Origin: a virus | Length of the DNA stretch: 64,000 nucleotides | IMG/VR virus record: IMGVR_UViG_3300035181_002074 | Location: 1 to 64,000 of that record | Direction: 5' to 3' (one strand) | Shown: in pieces, positions 36,678 to 46,767 of the stretch | Position numbering within the stretch: the first letter of the stretch is position 1 | Layout of the letters: each line of letters begins with the position of its first letter | The notes under the pieces: generated by a model | Databases searched by the model: none | Seen by the model: the letters and a program-made list of their open reading frames with translations, nothing else | Told to the model about the DNA's origin: nothing | Made by a program: the position numbers and the translations under genes

Positions 36678-39655
36678 TGTCACAAATACCTGATGGCCAA
36701 GGCGCCATAAAAAGCTCAGAGATCTACACGGATGCACCATTAACGGCTCTCGGCTCAACCGAGGGTACCGATAATCTTTCCGTTATCCAGCAGCTCACCC
36801 AATTAGCTACCGATTCCTTCTTTAAGCAAGGTATCACCCCGTTTTCATTAGGCTTTCTCAATTGGGATGGCTCTGTATTAGATTTCGCCCAAGACACTAA
36901 TACCAATGATGTTTACTTCCGTGCTTTACAAACTGATAGCGATACTTTAAGAACTATTGACATCGTAATGAAGGCTAGTACTTCTGCCAATAGCGCTAAT
37001 AGATTTAAGAATATTACCCTAGCTACTGGTGACCTTTTGTATGCTGAAATCAGTCATGCTAATTTGATGTCCGCTCCTGCGGGAATCCTTGAATTAGAAA
37101 ACGCTGTTAACGGTGGCTCTATCGTTGTCGGCAAAACAGTTCGTAAGATCAACTTATCGTCCACAACCGGTATTGGCCAAATCACTTCTTTATTGACTGG
37201 TGATGGCACTTCTTTATTTATCCCAATCGCTTTCTGTAATACTTGGACTGCTAACTCTATCACTTACGATGATCTTTTGTGGTGTGTGAATAATAATCGC
37301 TGGGAACGTGACACCAAGAATATGTTGGGCTCGGCTCGTGCATTATCTGTGGGTGGAGCAATTCTCAACTTCCTCGAAACTTCTACTCCTAAGATCTCTT
37401 GGGATGCTGAAGTTGGTATTCAAAACATGGTTACCTATAACGATTCATCTGCTATACCAGTTGATGGTACAGGTGGAACCGTTAATCCTGATTTCGTTTT
37501 CACTACTACTGCCAATCTAGCTGAAGTATTATCTGGCAACGATTCTTTCGTAATTGAAAAGAATGCTGTTGGTTCTATGCAAGGTAACGGTATGTCGTTT
37601 GATGTACAAATCTTTGCTGGCTACCGTTCACGCCAAGTAGTTTTCAAATGCTTATTTAACAAATTATCTGGTACATACAATGATGGCGACATCAAAGTAT
37701 ACGTAATCGCTGATCCAAACGGTACACCACAAATCATTACCCCAATCAATGGTAATGTTGGTGCATCCATGGGTGAAATGTCCGCAACGTTTTATCCGTT
37801 CCAGAGTATATCAGAATATCGTATTTGTTTCCATTTAGCTACGACCAATAGTAATACTTTCAGAGTTGCGCTAGATGATATCAAGTTAAACCCAATTTAC
37901 TATGTAACAGCTGACGCATTTGGTTCAGTTCAACCTGCGGGATCTATTGCAGCATTTGGTGCTAACGTTGACCCTGACGGTTGGATGATGTGTGATGGCC
38001 GTTCTTTGAATAGATCAGCTTACCCTGAATTGTTCGGCATGATCGGTACATCATTTGGTACAGCATCCGGCACAACTTTTAATATCCCTGATTTCCGTGG
38101 TAACTTCTTGCGTGGTACTGACTACACTGCTGGCCGTGACCCTGACAAACTTACTCGTACTGCTTTGCTAGCTGGCGGAGCAACTGGTAATAATGTCGGT
38201 TCGTACCAAAACGAAGATTTCAAATCACATACGCATTCAACTTTAAATTATTATGGCTTGTCACTATCTGGTGGTGGACAATTAAGTTATTTCAATGGTG
38301 GCGGTTCAACTGGTGCAGCCGGTGGTAGCGAAACTCGTCCAAAAAACGTTAACGTAAATTACATTATCAAGCTTTATGGTGATCGCAAGAATACTGTATT
38401 AGCTAATGTTCGTGTAGAATATACTTCTAATGCTAATACGACTTCAGCAACTTCTGATACGAGTGCATTCTTCAATGGTATCGAAGGACAATTAATCCCT
38501 AACTTAGTACAAGGCGTTTCGGCTACTCGTAATGTGTCTTTCTTATCACAAATTCAAGCAACTGATACCACTAAATTACAAACTGATTACGCATCAGGTG
38601 GGGCTTATTGGGTAGATGCAGCTGCATTATTCCCTAAGTCTGATTATCCTGCTATTACTATCTTAGCTAATACTAATAATCTAAGCAATCAAATTACTAA
38701 TATTTCTAACTTATCGGGTATAATTACGGGCATGTCTGTGTCGGGTACTGGTATTCCAGCTGCTACAGTTATTACTAACGTGAATAGAACAACCGGCGTA
38801 GTGACAATGAATAACAATGCTACTGCGACTAATATTAATACTTTAATTCTATTGGGTGGTATTAGTTTTGGTATGGCATTTACACCATCAATTTCTAGTT
38901 CAACGCAAGGTATTATAACTTTCGGTGCTGGTGGTGCTCAACCTGATGTTACGTGGGCTTCACTTGATGCATCTTTATGGCGCTGGCGTGTAGTTAAATC
39001 TACCAACGATCTTGCTGTAGAAGTAATCACTAAAGACGATTCAGGCGTAATAAAAATGTATGCCGGTTCATCAGTTCCGGCTGGTTGGCTAGAATGTAAC
39101 GGACAATCATTATTACGTTCAGCTTACCCAGAACTATTCTTAGCATTAAACACCAGACATGGTAGCGCTGATTCATTACATTTCAATGTACCTGACATGC
39201 GTGGTATGGTGGTTAAAGGTGATACTGGATTCAGCGCTGTTAACGTTACACCATCTTCGATATCTGGCCAAAATATTACTATTGCTGGTCATCCTTTTAA
39301 TCGGTCAGGTATTCCTGTTCAATTAAGTGGTATAGCAATGCCGTCACCATTAGCTACAGCAACAGATTATTATGTAATTGTAGTGGATGCAAATACAATT
39401 CGCTTGGCGTTAAATAGAGCTAATGCCTTAGCTGGCACTGCTGTTACTATGGTCGGTACCAATGCTAATGCAATTACTATTACACAATTTTTAGATGTTG
39501 ATTTATCTACATCATTACCAATGACGACTGGTGCAACTTATAATTCTTACCAAGAATCTGCATTCGGTATCGGAACTCCGGGCATTGGTGGTAGCTATAA
39601 CGAAAGTGGCGTGTTTTTACGCGCCATGTTAATGAAATATATTATAAAGGTTTAG
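36677..39655 (+). CDS. Tail fibre protein with two phage tail-collar domains
   Basis: PAGSIAAF...PDGWMMCDGRSLNRSAYPELF...FNIPDFRGNFLRG and GVIKMYAG..VPAGWLECNGQSL.RSAYPELF...FNVPDMRG; start coupled to the HNH stop (TAATG). Confidence 0.85.
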   Translation: MSQIPDGQGAIKSSEIYTDAPLTALGSTEGTDNLSVIQQLTQLATDSFFKQGITPFSLGFLNWDGSVLDFAQDTNTNDVYFRALQTDSDTLRTIDIVMKASTSANSANRFKNITLATGDLLYAEISHANLMSAPAGILELENAVNGGSIVVGKTVRKINLSSTTGIGQITSLLTGDGTSLFIPIAFCNTWTANSITYDDLLWCVNNNRWERDTKNMLGSARALSVGGAILNFLETSTPKISWDAEVGIQNMVTYNDSSAIPVDGTGGTVNPDFVFTTTANLAEVLSGNDSFVIEKNAVGSMQGNGMSFDVQIFAGYRSRQVVFKCLFNKLSGTYNDGDIKVYVIADPNGTPQIITPINGNVGASMGEMSATFYPFQSISEYRICFHLATTNSNTFRVALDDIKLNPIYYVTADAFGSVQPAGSIAAFGANVDPDGWMMCDGRSLNRSAYPELFGMIGTSFGTASGTTFNIPDFRGNFLRGTDYTAGRDPDKLTRTALLAGGATGNNVGSYQNEDFKSHTHSTLNYYGLSLSGGGQLSYFNGGGSTGAAGGSETRPKNVNVNYIIKLYGDRKNTVLANVRVEYTSNANTTSATSDTSAFFNGIEGQLIPNLVQGVSATRNVSFLSQIQATDTTKLQTDYASGGAYWVDAAALFPKSDYPAITILANTNNLSNQITNISNLSGIITGMSVSGTGIPAATVITNVNRTTGVVTMNNNATATNINTLILLGGISFGMAFTPSISSSTQGIITFGAGGAQPDVTWASLDASLWRWRVVKSTNDLAVEVITKDDSGVIKMYAGSSVPAGWLECNGQSLLRSAYPELFLALNTRHGSADSLHFNVPDMRGMVVKGDTGFSAVNVTPSSISGQNITIAGHPFNRSGIPVQLSGIAMPSPLATATDYYVIVVDANTIRLALNRANALAGTAVTMVGTNANAITITQFLDVDLSTSLPMTTGATYNSYQESAFGIGTPGIGGSYNESGVFLRAMLMKYIIKV

Positions 39656-39664
39656 GGAGAGATT

Positions 39665-40381
39665 ATGCCTATTTTTCAAATTGGAGCAGGTGGCGGAAGT
39701 AGTGGTACTGGTTTTACTTCAATTGAACCGCTAGCTAATGGCGGGACTTTTACAGTTCCAGCTGGCGTAACTACATTGTATGTTATTGGTTCTGGTGCTG
39801 GCGGCGGTGGTGGTGGTGGCGGAGCTGGGGGAAATAGTTCTAGTGGCCCCGGCGGTTCAGGAGGTTCAGGTGGAGCTGGTGGTGGTGCGTTCCCCTCTAT
39901 GCTACGAATCACGGTAGCCGCTGGACAAGTTTACACTGCTCAAGTAGCCGATGTTGCGAACGCTGGCGGTGGCGGTCCCGTTCAAGCATGGTATTACAAT
40001 GGTGGTTCAGGTGGCTCAGGAGCTGTTGGTGGTGACACTATTCTTAAATTAGGTATTACTTCAGTTGTCACTTTTTCAGGTGGAACAAATGGAAGTGGTG
40101 CAGGTGGTGGCGCAGCAAACTCAATCAGTGGTGGTGGTTCTGGTAGTGCAGGTGGTGGCGCCAAAATGGGTTTTATTAATGCATTATTTGGCTCATCCCA
40201 AGGTGGCGCAATTGGAAATGGTATAGGCACAAACGCTGCATTCATAACTGGTCGTGGAGTTTTAGGTATGGGGGCATCAGGCAGCAACGGTAATGTTGGG
40301 GCAGCTGGCAGTAATCTTGGAGCTGGGGCTGGTGGCTCAGGTGGTAATGGCGCACCGGGTTACTTAATGGTTTGTTATTAA
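39665..40381 (+). CDS. Glycine-rich tail-associated protein
   Basis: GTFTVPAGVTTLYV...GAGGGGG...GGNGAPGYLMV. Confidence 0.75.
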   Translation: MPIFQIGAGGGSSGTGFTSIEPLANGGTFTVPAGVTTLYVIGSGAGGGGGGGGAGGNSSSGPGGSGGSGGAGGGAFPSMLRITVAAGQVYTAQVADVANAGGGGPVQAWYYNGGSGGSGAVGGDTILKLGITSVVTFSGGTNGSGAGGGAANSISGGGSGSAGGGAKMGFINALFGSSQGGAIGNGIGTNAAFITGRGVLGMGASGSNGNVGAAGSNLGAGAGGSGGNGAPGYLMVCY

Positions 40382-40399
40382 TTTTAGATTGGTTTAACT

Positions 40400-42100
40400 A
40401 TGGCACATAATAATTTCCGCCAATTCGAGGGTGGTATAAGCATTAAAGGCATTTACGCAACTGACCCAGTACAGGGTGAAGTTGGTGATATCTATTTTAA
40501 TACTACTACTAAATCTCTGAAATATTGTTTCAATGCAGCTCCATTAACATGGCGTGACTTAGTTATTGCTGCAGGTACGACTGCCGGTTCTGTTTTACAA
40601 TGGGACACTGGCACTTCTTCATGGACTGAAAATAATACTATCGTTACCGGTGTATCCACTATTGGTGGCACTAACGATAATGTACCCGATGCAGTCAAAG
40701 CTGCTAGTACTGTTTTCAAAGCTTCCGATAAAATAAATGTCGGTTCGACCGGTGACGGCGGAGATATTTCGCTTTTGGCTGGTACTTCATTTGCGGGTAA
40801 CCAAGGTTTAGTTTATTTAAAAGGTGATAGACTTTATCTAGATATTGGCCACGCTGCCGACCCTGTTGGTGGAATTGCTGGACAAGTTTATTATAATACA
40901 GCAACCAATGCTTTTTTATATTACAACGGAACTTCTTGGAAAGCTCTAGGTGGTTCAGGTGGTGGATTAGTTAAAGTTACCTTCCATGATCCAATCAGTA
41001 CAACTATGCCAGCTGCTGACCCAGCGACATTTGATGGCGCAATCTTAAATGCATTAGATACAGTTTTATTTACCAATCTAGCTAATCCAGCTGATAATAA
41101 TAAAATCTGGCAAGCTAACATTGCATTAGGCACAATCACTTGGACTCTTACTTCTCCATTTGAAACAGGTTCTGCTCCAGCACTATCTGATCAAGTTATT
41201 ATTTCTAAAGGTAATTCATTTGCGCAACAAGCTGGTGCCTATAATGGCACTATTTGGAGCTTCAATAATGTTACCAGATATTTCACCGGAAATGATTATT
41301 TCGAACAATCTGGATTAAATACTTCTACATTGGCCGACAACACGACTGCAGATCTATTTGCAATTGTAGCAATAAATAATGAAAACATTATAGTAGATTA
41401 CTCAGTTATCCGTAATACTGATAAATCACTCGGCACCTTACAAATCGTTTGCCAAGGTACCAATGTAAGTTTAGCCGATACTGGCACCGATTTAGGTATT
41501 GCCGGTGTTACTTTCAGTGCGTTCATATCTTCAGGCATATTACATGTTCAATACACTACTACCAATACGGGCTTTGCTGCAACGGCCAAATATTCTTTGA
41601 AACGTTGGTCTGATGCCGCTGGTGGCCCTGCTTCGGTTCCATCATACACCGGCGGCTCTACTGGGATTACCGCTGCTGGCTCTAATTCACAAGTTCAATT
41701 CAATGATGGTGGCAATTTTGGTGGTGACGCTGCGTTCACTTTCGACAAGACTAGCGGTAATATTGGTCACGGCGGCCACGTAACTACTACGTTAAATACA
41801 GCAGTTATTGCTGATAATCAAGCGACCCCAGCGACCCTAATATCATATAGTAAAGCATCGTATCCCCATACAGTGATTAGTTTTAGTATTGATCGCGGTG
41901 GTGAAACGGAAGTAGGAACAATATTAGTTGCCACAAATGGCACCGATGTTAGTATTAGCCCTAATTCCACGTATACGAACTTGGGCACTGGAGTAACTTT
42001 CAATGCCATTATCTCTGGCGCAAATGTAGAAGTACAATACATCAGTGATAACAGCGGGTTCGCGGGAACTTTTAAATTTTATAATAATCAATGGTCTTAA
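40400..42100 (+). CDS. Tail fibre / structural protein
   Basis: Two DP....G.[IV]Y[FY]NT repeats, AAGSNSQVQFND.G.FGG motif, two copies of a C-terminal beta-sandwich. Confidence 0.65.
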   Translation: MAHNNFRQFEGGISIKGIYATDPVQGEVGDIYFNTTTKSLKYCFNAAPLTWRDLVIAAGTTAGSVLQWDTGTSSWTENNTIVTGVSTIGGTNDNVPDAVKAASTVFKASDKINVGSTGDGGDISLLAGTSFAGNQGLVYLKGDRLYLDIGHAADPVGGIAGQVYYNTATNAFLYYNGTSWKALGGSGGGLVKVTFHDPISTTMPAADPATFDGAILNALDTVLFTNLANPADNNKIWQANIALGTITWTLTSPFETGSAPALSDQVIISKGNSFAQQAGAYNGTIWSFNNVTRYFTGNDYFEQSGLNTSTLADNTTADLFAIVAINNENIIVDYSVIRNTDKSLGTLQIVCQGTNVSLADTGTDLGIAGVTFSAFISSGILHVQYTTTNTGFAATAKYSLKRWSDAAGGPASVPSYTGGSTGITAAGSNSQVQFNDGGNFGGDAAFTFDKTSGNIGHGGHVTTTLNTAVIADNQATPATLISYSKASYPHTVISFSIDRGGETEVGTILVATNGTDVSISPNSTYTNLGTGVTFNAIISGANVEVQYISDNSGFAGTFKFYNNQWS

Positions 42101-42111
42101 GGAGAACATAA

Positions 42112-44586
42112 ATGTCAGTAAATAAAATGCACAAAATGGGTGGAATGTTAAAATTAGCGTCGTTCGCATCCGACCCCGCTAGTCCAGAAAACGGAGTGAT
42201 GTACTACAATAGTACGTCTAACTTAGTACGTCAATATATTAACGGTGGATGGGCAAATATTGCTTCTGGTTCAGTTTCCTTAACTGGTCAATCATTAACA
42301 AATGGTGCAATCATTATCGGTAACGGCAGTGGACAATCAGCTGCAGTAACTCCATCAGGTGATGCAACGATCAGTAACACTGGCGTGATTACAATTGGTT
42401 CCAATAAAGTAACCAACGCAATGATGGCTCAGATGGCTGCTAAGACTTTCAAGGGTAATAACTCTGGGTCTACTGCAAATGCTTCTGACTTAACAGCTGC
42501 ACAAGTTACTGCTGAATTAAGCATTATGTCTGGTGATGCTGGATCAGGTGGAACTAAAGGTTTGGTTCCAGCACAAGTTTCCGGTGATGCTACTAAATTC
42601 TTACGCGGTGATGGTACTTTCGCATCTGCTGCAGATACTACTAAGCTTCCATTAGCTGGTGGAACTATGTCTGGCAATATTGCCATGGGCACCAACAAAG
42701 TTACTGGGTTAGCTAATGGTACCGCAGCTTCTCAAGATGCGGCTACTGTTTCTCAAATGGAAACTGCCGATGGCTTCAAAGTTTCTAAGTCTGGTGATAC
42801 TATGTCTGGTAACTTAGCTATGGGCAGTAACAAAGTTACTGGATTAGCTGCAGCTACCAATTCTGGTGATGCTGTAGAATACAGTCAGTTTTCAACTGCT
42901 ACTGGTAATAAATTGCCTCTAGCTGGTGGAACTATGTCTGGTACTATCAACATGGGTAGTAATAAGATTACTTCTTTGACTGATGGTACTTCTGCACAAG
43001 ACGCAGTAAGCAAAACTCAAATGGAAACTGCCGATGGTTTCCGCGTGGCAAAAGCCGGTGACACAATGTCTGGTAACCTTGCTATGGGTACCAATAAAGT
43101 TACTGGTCTCGGTGCTGGTACTGCAGCAACTGATGCTGTAAATAAATCTCAATTAGATGGAATAAGCGCAGGTCTCGTATGGTTAAGTCCAGTTCAAGAT
43201 CCTGACTTAGTGGACGACAGTTTATCTGCTCCTCCAGTTGCTCCAGTTGCTAACACTACTTACTTGGTTAGCGATACAGCTACAGGATTATGGGCTGGCT
43301 TAGAAGGTCGCCTTGTTTATACCGCTGACGGTGGTACTTCATGGGTAGATGTATTAGGTCGTGCGGTTATTGTCGGCGATCGTTTTGGTATCACTATGGA
43401 GCATGGTTCGGGCTCTGAAGGTGGTAACATGGTGGGTAATCATAATAAGATTGCTCAAATTACTACTGCAACTCCGGGCTCTTATGCTTACAGCTACACT
43501 ACTGCTACTACTAATCAAGCGGTATTCGTTAGTGCTACAGGATCTCAACACACTGGTCATCAGTATACTTTCAACGGAACTTCTTGGATCGAGTTCGGTG
43601 GTACAGCAGCAGTTTCTGCAGGTATTGGTTTATCTTACTCAGGTAACATATTAAATGTTAATCTCGGTGCAGGTATTTCTCAATTACCTTCTGATGAAGT
43701 TGGTGTTGACGTACATACGTCTGGCGGATTATTCACTACCGTAGATAATAGTACTTCTAGTACTGTAACTGCCGCACAATTAGCTATTAAACTTGATGGA
43801 TCTACTCTAGGTAAATCATCTTCTGGTATTAAGGTTGCTACTGGTGGAATTTCAAACAACGAAATTGACGCTGCTGCTGCAATTGCTTACAGTAAATTAA
43901 GTTTAGGTACTAGTATCGTGAATGCTGATATCGCTACTGCTGCAAACATTGCTCGCAGTAAATTAGCTTCTGGAACCAACTACGCTTGGGCTACTAATAA
44001 CGGTTCCGGTGTATTGTCTGATGTTGCTGTAACTGCTTCAAGAGCTGTTGCAACTGATTCAAACGGTGCTCCAGTTGCTTCTGCTACTACTGCTACTGAA
44101 CTAGGTTATGTTTCTGGCGTAACTTCTTCCATCCAAACTCAAATCGGTGGAAAAATTGGTAACGTTGTTGAAGATACTACTCCACAGCTTGGTGGCAATT
44201 TAGATCTAAATGGGCATGCAATTGCTTCCCCATTCAAAGTTGGTACTGATACTAACTTCGTTTCTGAATCATACATCCATACCGCTACTTTGACTGCTTC
44301 TCAAACTAATACAGTGCTAAGTAATTTAACCTTTGCTTTTGCAACTACTATGGCTATCGACGTACAATACACTATTAAAGAAGCTACTACGAACAACGTT
44401 CGCGTAGGACATTTACGTGTAGTATGTAACGGTACCGATATTGGTATCAGTGATGATTACGCTGATTCAGCTGACGTTGGCGTGAGCTGGGATGCAGCTA
44501 TCAACGGAGCGGACGTAGAAATCAACTATACTACGACTGCTAACGCAAAAACCTTTAGAGCTTCCGTTAAGTCTTTCCAAGCGTAA
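42112..44586 (+). CDS. Tail fibre protein with GGTMSG...NKVTGL...DA repeats
   Basis: Four roughly 43-aa trimeric-adhesin-like repeats; AAGGAG RBS. Confidence 0.75.
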   Translation: MSVNKMHKMGGMLKLASFASDPASPENGVMYYNSTSNLVRQYINGGWANIASGSVSLTGQSLTNGAIIIGNGSGQSAAVTPSGDATISNTGVITIGSNKVTNAMMAQMAAKTFKGNNSGSTANASDLTAAQVTAELSIMSGDAGSGGTKGLVPAQVSGDATKFLRGDGTFASAADTTKLPLAGGTMSGNIAMGTNKVTGLANGTAASQDAATVSQMETADGFKVSKSGDTMSGNLAMGSNKVTGLAAATNSGDAVEYSQFSTATGNKLPLAGGTMSGTINMGSNKITSLTDGTSAQDAVSKTQMETADGFRVAKAGDTMSGNLAMGTNKVTGLGAGTAATDAVNKSQLDGISAGLVWLSPVQDPDLVDDSLSAPPVAPVANTTYLVSDTATGLWAGLEGRLVYTADGGTSWVDVLGRAVIVGDRFGITMEHGSGSEGGNMVGNHNKIAQITTATPGSYAYSYTTATTNQAVFVSATGSQHTGHQYTFNGTSWIEFGGTAAVSAGIGLSYSGNILNVNLGAGISQLPSDEVGVDVHTSGGLFTTVDNSTSSTVTAAQLAIKLDGSTLGKSSSGIKVATGGISNNEIDAAAAIAYSKLSLGTSIVNADIATAANIARSKLASGTNYAWATNNGSGVLSDVAVTASRAVATDSNGAPVASATTATELGYVSGVTSSIQTQIGGKIGNVVEDTTPQLGGNLDLNGHAIASPFKVGTDTNFVSESYIHTATLTASQTNTVLSNLTFAFATTMAIDVQYTIKEATTNNVRVGHLRVVCNGTDIGISDDYADSADVGVSWDAAINGADVEINYTTTANAKTFRASVKSFQA
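43057..43800 (+). repeat. Copy 1 of a 744-bp module duplicated at 45457-46200
   Basis: Colinear with offset 2400; includes an identical 41-nt stretch at 43681-43721 and 46081-46121. Confidence 0.9.
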
Positions 44587-44589
44587 CCG

Positions 44590-44598
44590 CCTAATATT
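44590..44598 (+). promoter_or_regulatory. Putative late promoter motif CCTAATATT
   Basis: Intergenic, upstream of 44668. Confidence 0.65.
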
Positions 44599-44607
44599 CT
44601 TTACATC

Positions 44608-44629
44608 GGGGCTATCTTCGGGTAGCCCC
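44608..44629 (+). terminator. Stable C(UUCG)G hairpin (terminator or 5' stabiliser)
   Basis: GGGGCTATC-TTCG-GGTAGCCCC; no U-tract immediately after. Confidence 0.5.
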
Positions 44630-44667
44630 ACTAATTTCAACAACCAACTAACGAAAGTGACTTAGTA

Positions 44668-46758
44668 ATGGCAAACAATCTATTTAACATCAACAAAGGT
44701 TTATCCCTTAAACCTCAAGCAACTGCACCGGCATCCCCTTCAGCTGGTGACACGTATTACGACTCAACATCCAACACATTAAAAACATGGAACGGTACCG
44801 CTTGGGTAGGCGGCGGCGGTGGTGGGCTTGCTAATGTAGTTGACGATACTTCTCCTCAACTTGGCGGTGAATTAGACGTTAATGGTAATAATATTTTACT
44901 TGGCGTGTCTTCAACAATTAAATCTGGAGCTAGTGATTCAAATATTTCATTCCCATCTTTGGGTTCTGTTAGACTAGAGGCTTCTGTAGCTGGTGACTCC
45001 CTTGTGCTAGGTTCTAACTTTGATGTTCAGATGGTTTCTGGTAATATCACTATGAGCAGCGGTGGAATCGTACAAATTGGTACTGGTTCAAATAAATTTT
45101 CATCCGATTCATCCAAAGCTGTAATTACAAATGGACTTACAAACAAAGTTGAGGTTAATGGTTCAGATATTATTTTAGACGCTGGTGCAGGTAACATTAC
45201 TGCTGCTAGTAATATTGCCATGAGTAGCAATAAGATTACCGGTTTAGCAGCTGGTGGAGTTGCTGGCGATGCTGTAGAATATAATCAATTTGATACAGGG
45301 CTCGGAAACAAGTTAAGTTTATCTGGCGGAACTATGTCTGGCTCTATCAATATGGGCAGCTTAACTATTCAGCAGATGGCTGATGGTGTTGGCTCTACTG
45401 ATGCTGCCACGGTTGGTCAGATGAATACCGCTCTTGGTAATAAAGTTTCCATATCTGGTGACACAATGTCGGGCAACTTAGCTATGGGTAGCAACAAAGT
45501 TACTGGCTTAGCTAATGGTACCTCAGCAAATGACGCTGTAAATAAATCACAATTAGATGGAATCGCTGTAGGGCTTGTATGGTTAAGTCCGGTTAATGAT
45601 CCAGACTTAGTTGATGATAGTTTATCTACCCCTCCGGGTTCTCCAGTAGCTAATACCACATATTTAATCGGCGCTTCGCCTACCGGTTTATGGGCTGGTT
45701 TAGCCGGACATATTGTTTATACCGCTGATGCGGGCGCTTCATGGGTAGACGTTTTAGGTAGAGCAGTGATCGTAGGAGATCGTTTCGGTATCACTATGGA
45801 ACACGGATCTGGTTCTGAAGGTGGCAATATGGCTACCAATCATAACAAGATTGCTCAAATTACTGTTGCTACACCGGGTTCTTATGCATATACATTTACA
45901 ACTCCAGCAACTAATCAAGCTGTTTTCGTAAATGCTAACATCTCGCAACATGCTGGACATCAGTACAGTTACGATGGTACATCATGGATTGAGTTCGGTG
46001 GAGCTGCTGCTGTATCAGCAGGCATTGGATTATCATATTCTGGGAATGTCTTAAATGTGAATCTCGGTGCTGGTATTGCTCAATTACCTTCTGATGAAGT
46101 TGGTGTTGACGTACATACGTCAGGTGGATTATTTACCACTATAGACAACAGTACTTCTAGTACGGCTACCGCTGCACAGTTAGCAATTTTATTAGATGGA
46201 ACTACTCTAACTAAATCCGCTTCTGGCTTGAGGGTGACTGGTGCAACAGCTGCTGAAATCGGTTATCTTTCTGGAGTAACTTCTTCCATTCAAACGCAAT
46301 TTACCGGTAAACTTTCTACAACCGCTAATGCCGTAGCTAATACTAACTTAGCCCAAATGGCTGCTAATACCTTCAAAGGTAATAATACTGGGTCTACAGC
46401 TAATGCTGCTGACTTAACGGTTGCTCAAGGTAAAGCAATGTTTGGTGTGACTGGTGAAACTGATGCAGGTAACTCTGGTGCAACTAAGACTTTGGACTTC
46501 GTCTTAACCCCAGCTAATAAAGTTACCATGACTGCTTCATGTACTTTTACTTACACTAATATGGTAGCCGGTGGTGCTTACGCGATTCGTATTGTTCAAG
46601 GTGGATCAGGTTCATACACTGTTACTTGGCCTGCTGGAACTAAATGGGCTGGTGGTACTCCTCCAACCTTGACTACTACTGTTGGTGGTATTGATTTAAT
46701 TTCAGTTTACTATGATGGAACTAACTACTACTCTAGTGCTGCTATGGCGTTTGCATAA
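44668..46758 (+). CDS. Tail fibre protein, paralog of 42112-44586
   Basis: Same repeats and core; different C-terminal domain (IVQGGSGSYTVTWPAGTKWAGGTPPTLTT..G.IDLIS.YYDGTNYY). Confidence 0.75.
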   Translation: MANNLFNINKGLSLKPQATAPASPSAGDTYYDSTSNTLKTWNGTAWVGGGGGGLANVVDDTSPQLGGELDVNGNNILLGVSSTIKSGASDSNISFPSLGSVRLEASVAGDSLVLGSNFDVQMVSGNITMSSGGIVQIGTGSNKFSSDSSKAVITNGLTNKVEVNGSDIILDAGAGNITAASNIAMSSNKITGLAAGGVAGDAVEYNQFDTGLGNKLSLSGGTMSGSINMGSLTIQQMADGVGSTDAATVGQMNTALGNKVSISGDTMSGNLAMGSNKVTGLANGTSANDAVNKSQLDGIAVGLVWLSPVNDPDLVDDSLSTPPGSPVANTTYLIGASPTGLWAGLAGHIVYTADAGASWVDVLGRAVIVGDRFGITMEHGSGSEGGNMATNHNKIAQITVATPGSYAYTFTTPATNQAVFVNANISQHAGHQYSYDGTSWIEFGGAAAVSAGIGLSYSGNVLNVNLGAGIAQLPSDEVGVDVHTSGGLFTTIDNSTSSTATAAQLAILLDGTTLTKSASGLRVTGATAAEIGYLSGVTSSIQTQFTGKLSTTANAVANTNLAQMAANTFKGNNTGSTANAADLTVAQGKAMFGVTGETDAGNSGATKTLDFVLTPANKVTMTASCTFTYTNMVAGGAYAIRIVQGGSGSYTVTWPAGTKWAGGTPPTLTTTVGGIDLISVYYDGTNYYSSAAMAFA
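45457..46200 (+). repeat. Copy 2 of the duplicated tail-fibre module
   Basis: See 43057-43800. Confidence 0.9.
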
Positions 46759-46767
46759 AGGATTACC

